Origin: Burkholderiales bacterium
GTDB lineage: Bacteria; Pseudomonadota; Gammaproteobacteria; Burkholderiales; SG8-39
Assembly (NCBI GenBank): GCA_049651845.1
Contig: JBASCW010000037.1
Span: 501 to 64,500 of the forward strand
Reading direction: 5' to 3'
DNA: 64,000 bases
In this document: one piece after another, positions 62,013-64,000 of the stretch
Position numbering within the stretch: position 1 is the first letter of the stretch
Layout of the letters: each line of letters opens with the position of its first letter
Program-made: the position numbers and the translations under genes
The notes under the pieces: generated by a model
Databases searched by the model: none
Told to the model about the DNA's origin: nothing
Seen by the model: the letters and a program-made list of their open reading frames with translations, nothing else

Positions 62013-63392
62013 TTGATAGAGCGCTATGATGCGATCGTCATCGGTGCCGGGCAGGCAGGCCCCGCGCTTGCCGCGCGCCTGGGCGCCGAGGGACTGAAGA
62101 CCGCGATCGTCGAGCGGCAATTGCTCGGCGGCACCTGCGTCAACACCGGCTGCATCCCGACCAAGACTCTCGTCGGCAGCGCGCGCGCGATCCACATGGC
62201 GCGCCGCGGCGGCGAGTTCGGCTTCAGCGCGGGCGACGTGAAGGTCGACATGAAGGCGGTCAAGGCGCGCAAGGACGGCGTCGTGCGCCAGTCGAGCGAG
62301 GGGCTCGCGGCCTGGATCGCCGGCATGAAGAACGTGACGCTGATCTGGGGCCATGCGCGCTTCACCGCGCCGCGCACGCTCGAGGTGAGCGGCACCTCGG
62401 GGCAGCGCCGCAGCCTGCAGGCCGAGCGGATCTTCCTAAACGTCGGCGGCCGCGCGGTAGTGCCCGAGATCCACGGCATCGACGACGTGCCCTACCTCAC
62501 CAACAGCAGCATCATGGACCTGGACGAGCTGCCCGAGCACCTGGTCGTCGTCGGCGGCAGCTACATCGGTCTGGAGTTCGCGCAGATGTACCGGCGCTTC
62601 GGCTCGCAGGTGACGGTGATCGAGAAATTTCCCAAGCTGCTGCCGCGCGAGGACGAGGACGTGGTCGCCGAGATCCGCGCCATCCTCGAGCGCGAGGGCG
62701 TCGCGATCCGCACCGGCGCCGAGGGGCTCAGCGTAGAGACGAGCGGCGATCGCATCGTCGTGCAGTTTGCGGGCAATACGGTGGAGGGCAGCCACCTGCT
62801 GCTCGCGGTCGGCCGCATCCCGAACACCGACAGCCTCGGCCTGCAGGAAGGCGGCATCGCGGCCGACGCGCGCGGCTTCATCACCGTGGACGAGCAGTGC
62901 CGCACCAGCGCCGAGGGGGTGTGGGCGCTCGGCGACGCGAACGGCCGGGGCGCCTTCACGCACACCTCCTGGAACGACCACGAGATCGTCGCGGCGAATC
63001 TCCTCGAGAAGGATCCGCGCAAGATCTCCGACCGCATCGCCTGCTACGCCCTGTTCATCGACCCGCCGCTCGGGCGCGTCGGCATGAACGAGGCCGAGGC
63101 GAGGAAGAGCGGCCGCAAGCTGCTCGCCGCCAAGATGCCGATGAGCCGCGTCGGCCGCGCGCGCGAGTCGGGCGAAACGCAAGGGTTCATGAAGGTGCTG
63201 GTGGACGCGGAAACCAAGGAACTGCTCGGCGCCGCGATCCTCGGCATGAACGGCGACGAGATCGTGCATTCGCTGCTCGACGTGATGTACGCGAAGCAGC
63301 CCTACACCACGATCTCCCGCGCGGTGCACATCCATCCCACCGTGACGGAACTCGTGCCGACCCTGCTGCAGGGCCTGAAGCCTTTGAGTTAG
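62013..63392 (+). CDS. Class I pyridine nucleotide-disulfide oxidoreductase (RclA/mercuric-reductase-like, no metal-binding N-domain)
   Basis: DAIVIGAGQAGPALA, redox-active disulfide GGTCVNTGCIPTK, a second dinucleotide fold VVVGGSYIGLEFA, and the dimerisation domain HIHPTVTE. Confidence 0.8.
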   Translation: MIERYDAIVIGAGQAGPALAARLGAEGLKTAIVERQLLGGTCVNTGCIPTKTLVGSARAIHMARRGGEFGFSAGDVKVDMKAVKARKDGVVRQSSEGLAAWIAGMKNVTLIWGHARFTAPRTLEVSGTSGQRRSLQAERIFLNVGGRAVVPEIHGIDDVPYLTNSSIMDLDELPEHLVVVGGSYIGLEFAQMYRRFGSQVTVIEKFPKLLPREDEDVVAEIRAILEREGVAIRTGAEGLSVETSGDRIVVQFAGNTVEGSHLLLAVGRIPNTDSLGLQEGGIAADARGFITVDEQCRTSAEGVWALGDANGRGAFTHTSWNDHEIVAANLLEKDPRKISDRIACYALFIDPPLGRVGMNEAEARKSGRKLLAAKMPMSRVGRARESGETQGFMKVLVDAETKELLGAAILGMNGDEIVHSLLDVMYAKQPYTTISRAVHIHPTVTELVPTLLQGLKPLS

Positions 63393-63452
63393 GTCGAGGT
63401 GTCCACTTTATCGAATGAGGCTCCCTGTCCGAGTTGATGGCGTTGTTAGGCA

Positions 63453-63821
63453 CTATTGAAAAGAACTCTGAATAATGAAGCCGAAATGGGGAGACGGATT
63501 GCTAACGATAATCTGTTCCCCTGTCTGCTTCTTGATGACATATCCATCAAAGATCTTTTCCTGGCCGCCTTGCAGGTTGCCATACACCTTCACTTTCTCA
63601 TCAACAGAAAGATTCAGTTTCTTGTTGTCTGGCAACTTGGCTCGAACAAAGATTGAGCCAGAATTGTCTCTTAGAGTAAAACCATTTTCATCAAGGTGGG
63701 TTACAGCTCCCTCGATTGTGCTTGCCGGTGGCAATGCCAAATTCTTGACCGGTGTCGTACCAGCACACCCACTAGTCATTAAAACGACTACAGCCAATAG
63801 AAACAGAAAGCTGTTTTTCAT
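63453..63821 (-). CDS. Small lipoprotein of unknown function, encoded in low-GC DNA
   Basis: RBS AAGGAG. Lipobox LMTSGC. 122 aa with Asn/Lys/Ile-rich composition unlike all other genes in the window. Confidence 0.6.
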   Translation of the reverse strand: MKNSFLFLLAVVVLMTSGCAGTTPVKNLALPPASTIEGAVTHLDENGFTLRDNSGSIFVRAKLPDNKKLNLSVDEKVKVYGNLQGGQEKIFDGYVIKKQTGEQIIVSNPSPHFGFIIQSSFQ

Positions 63822-63847
63822 AGCGACTTCTCCTTATTTGTTGATAT

Positions 63848-63925
63848 GCCTAACGCCAAGCTAACCTGTGAGCTACGAGGCGCGAAGCGCCGACGTAGCG
63901 AGTCAGGTTGAGCGCCGTGTTAGCG
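63848..63925. repeat. attC-like imperfect palindrome
   Basis: GCCTAAC...GTTAGCG outer heptamers, inner arms AACCTG/CAGGTT, GCTACG/CGTAGC and GGCGC-GAA-GCGCC, with unpaired bases. A matching GTTAGGC heptamer lies at 63445-63451, next to the stop codon of the lipoprotein gene. Confidence 0.4.
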
Positions 63926-64000
63926 GGGTTTGACTGCACTATAGAGCGCCATTGTTCCGTAGATGGTGCTGAAGGTTTGTCGCTGCAATACGTCAACAAA

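Noticed and set aside
1-64000. Search for rRNA, tRNA, CRISPR arrays, transposases, phage integrases and toxin-antitoxin pairs
   Set aside because: I recognised none. Intergenic regions are short (mostly under 100 nt), and the longer ones (13683-13982, 63393-63452, 63822-64000) show no cloverleaf-like or regularly spaced repeat structure.

Overview
High-GC (roughly two-thirds G+C) chromosomal DNA that looks betaproteobacterial, Burkholderiales-like: five Bug/TctC-type periplasmic binding proteins and many 1-4 nt start/stop overlaps. I can support about 75 protein-coding or gene-remnant features. I saw no rRNA, tRNA, CRISPR array, transposase or integrase. The main theme is envelope redox and copper biology: two ECF sigma/anti-sigma pairs, three Trx/CcdA-type reductant-import modules, DsbA, DsbC/G, a TlpA-like protein, YyaL, a secreted MsrB, a Cox11-like protein, CcoI and CcoS. 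The most notable observations are: (i) a ~17 kb co-directional gene train (13983-31063) coupling an arsenite-oxidase-like Rieske/molybdopterin enzyme to a dihaem cytochrome c, a cupredoxin and a divergent cbb3-type oxidase, with the maturation factors and an ECF switch; (ii) a three-gene RiPP locus (36050-37984: secreted 6-Cys peptide, DUF692/MNIO, DUF2063) of the recently described bufferin type; (iii) an anti-sigma factor whose periplasmic domain is DsrE-like and paralogous to the neighbouring secreted DsrE-like protein; (iv) a DsbD split into gamma, beta and alpha pieces, with alpha fused to a YyaL protein; (v) a sharp GC drop with an attC-like palindrome at the 3' edge, possibly an integron cassette; (vi) an unusually high number of truncated, frameshifted or nonsense-bearing genes. 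The many long antisense ORFs in the track are GC-driven shadow ORFs and are not reported as genes. All family assignments come from reading motifs by eye, with no database search.
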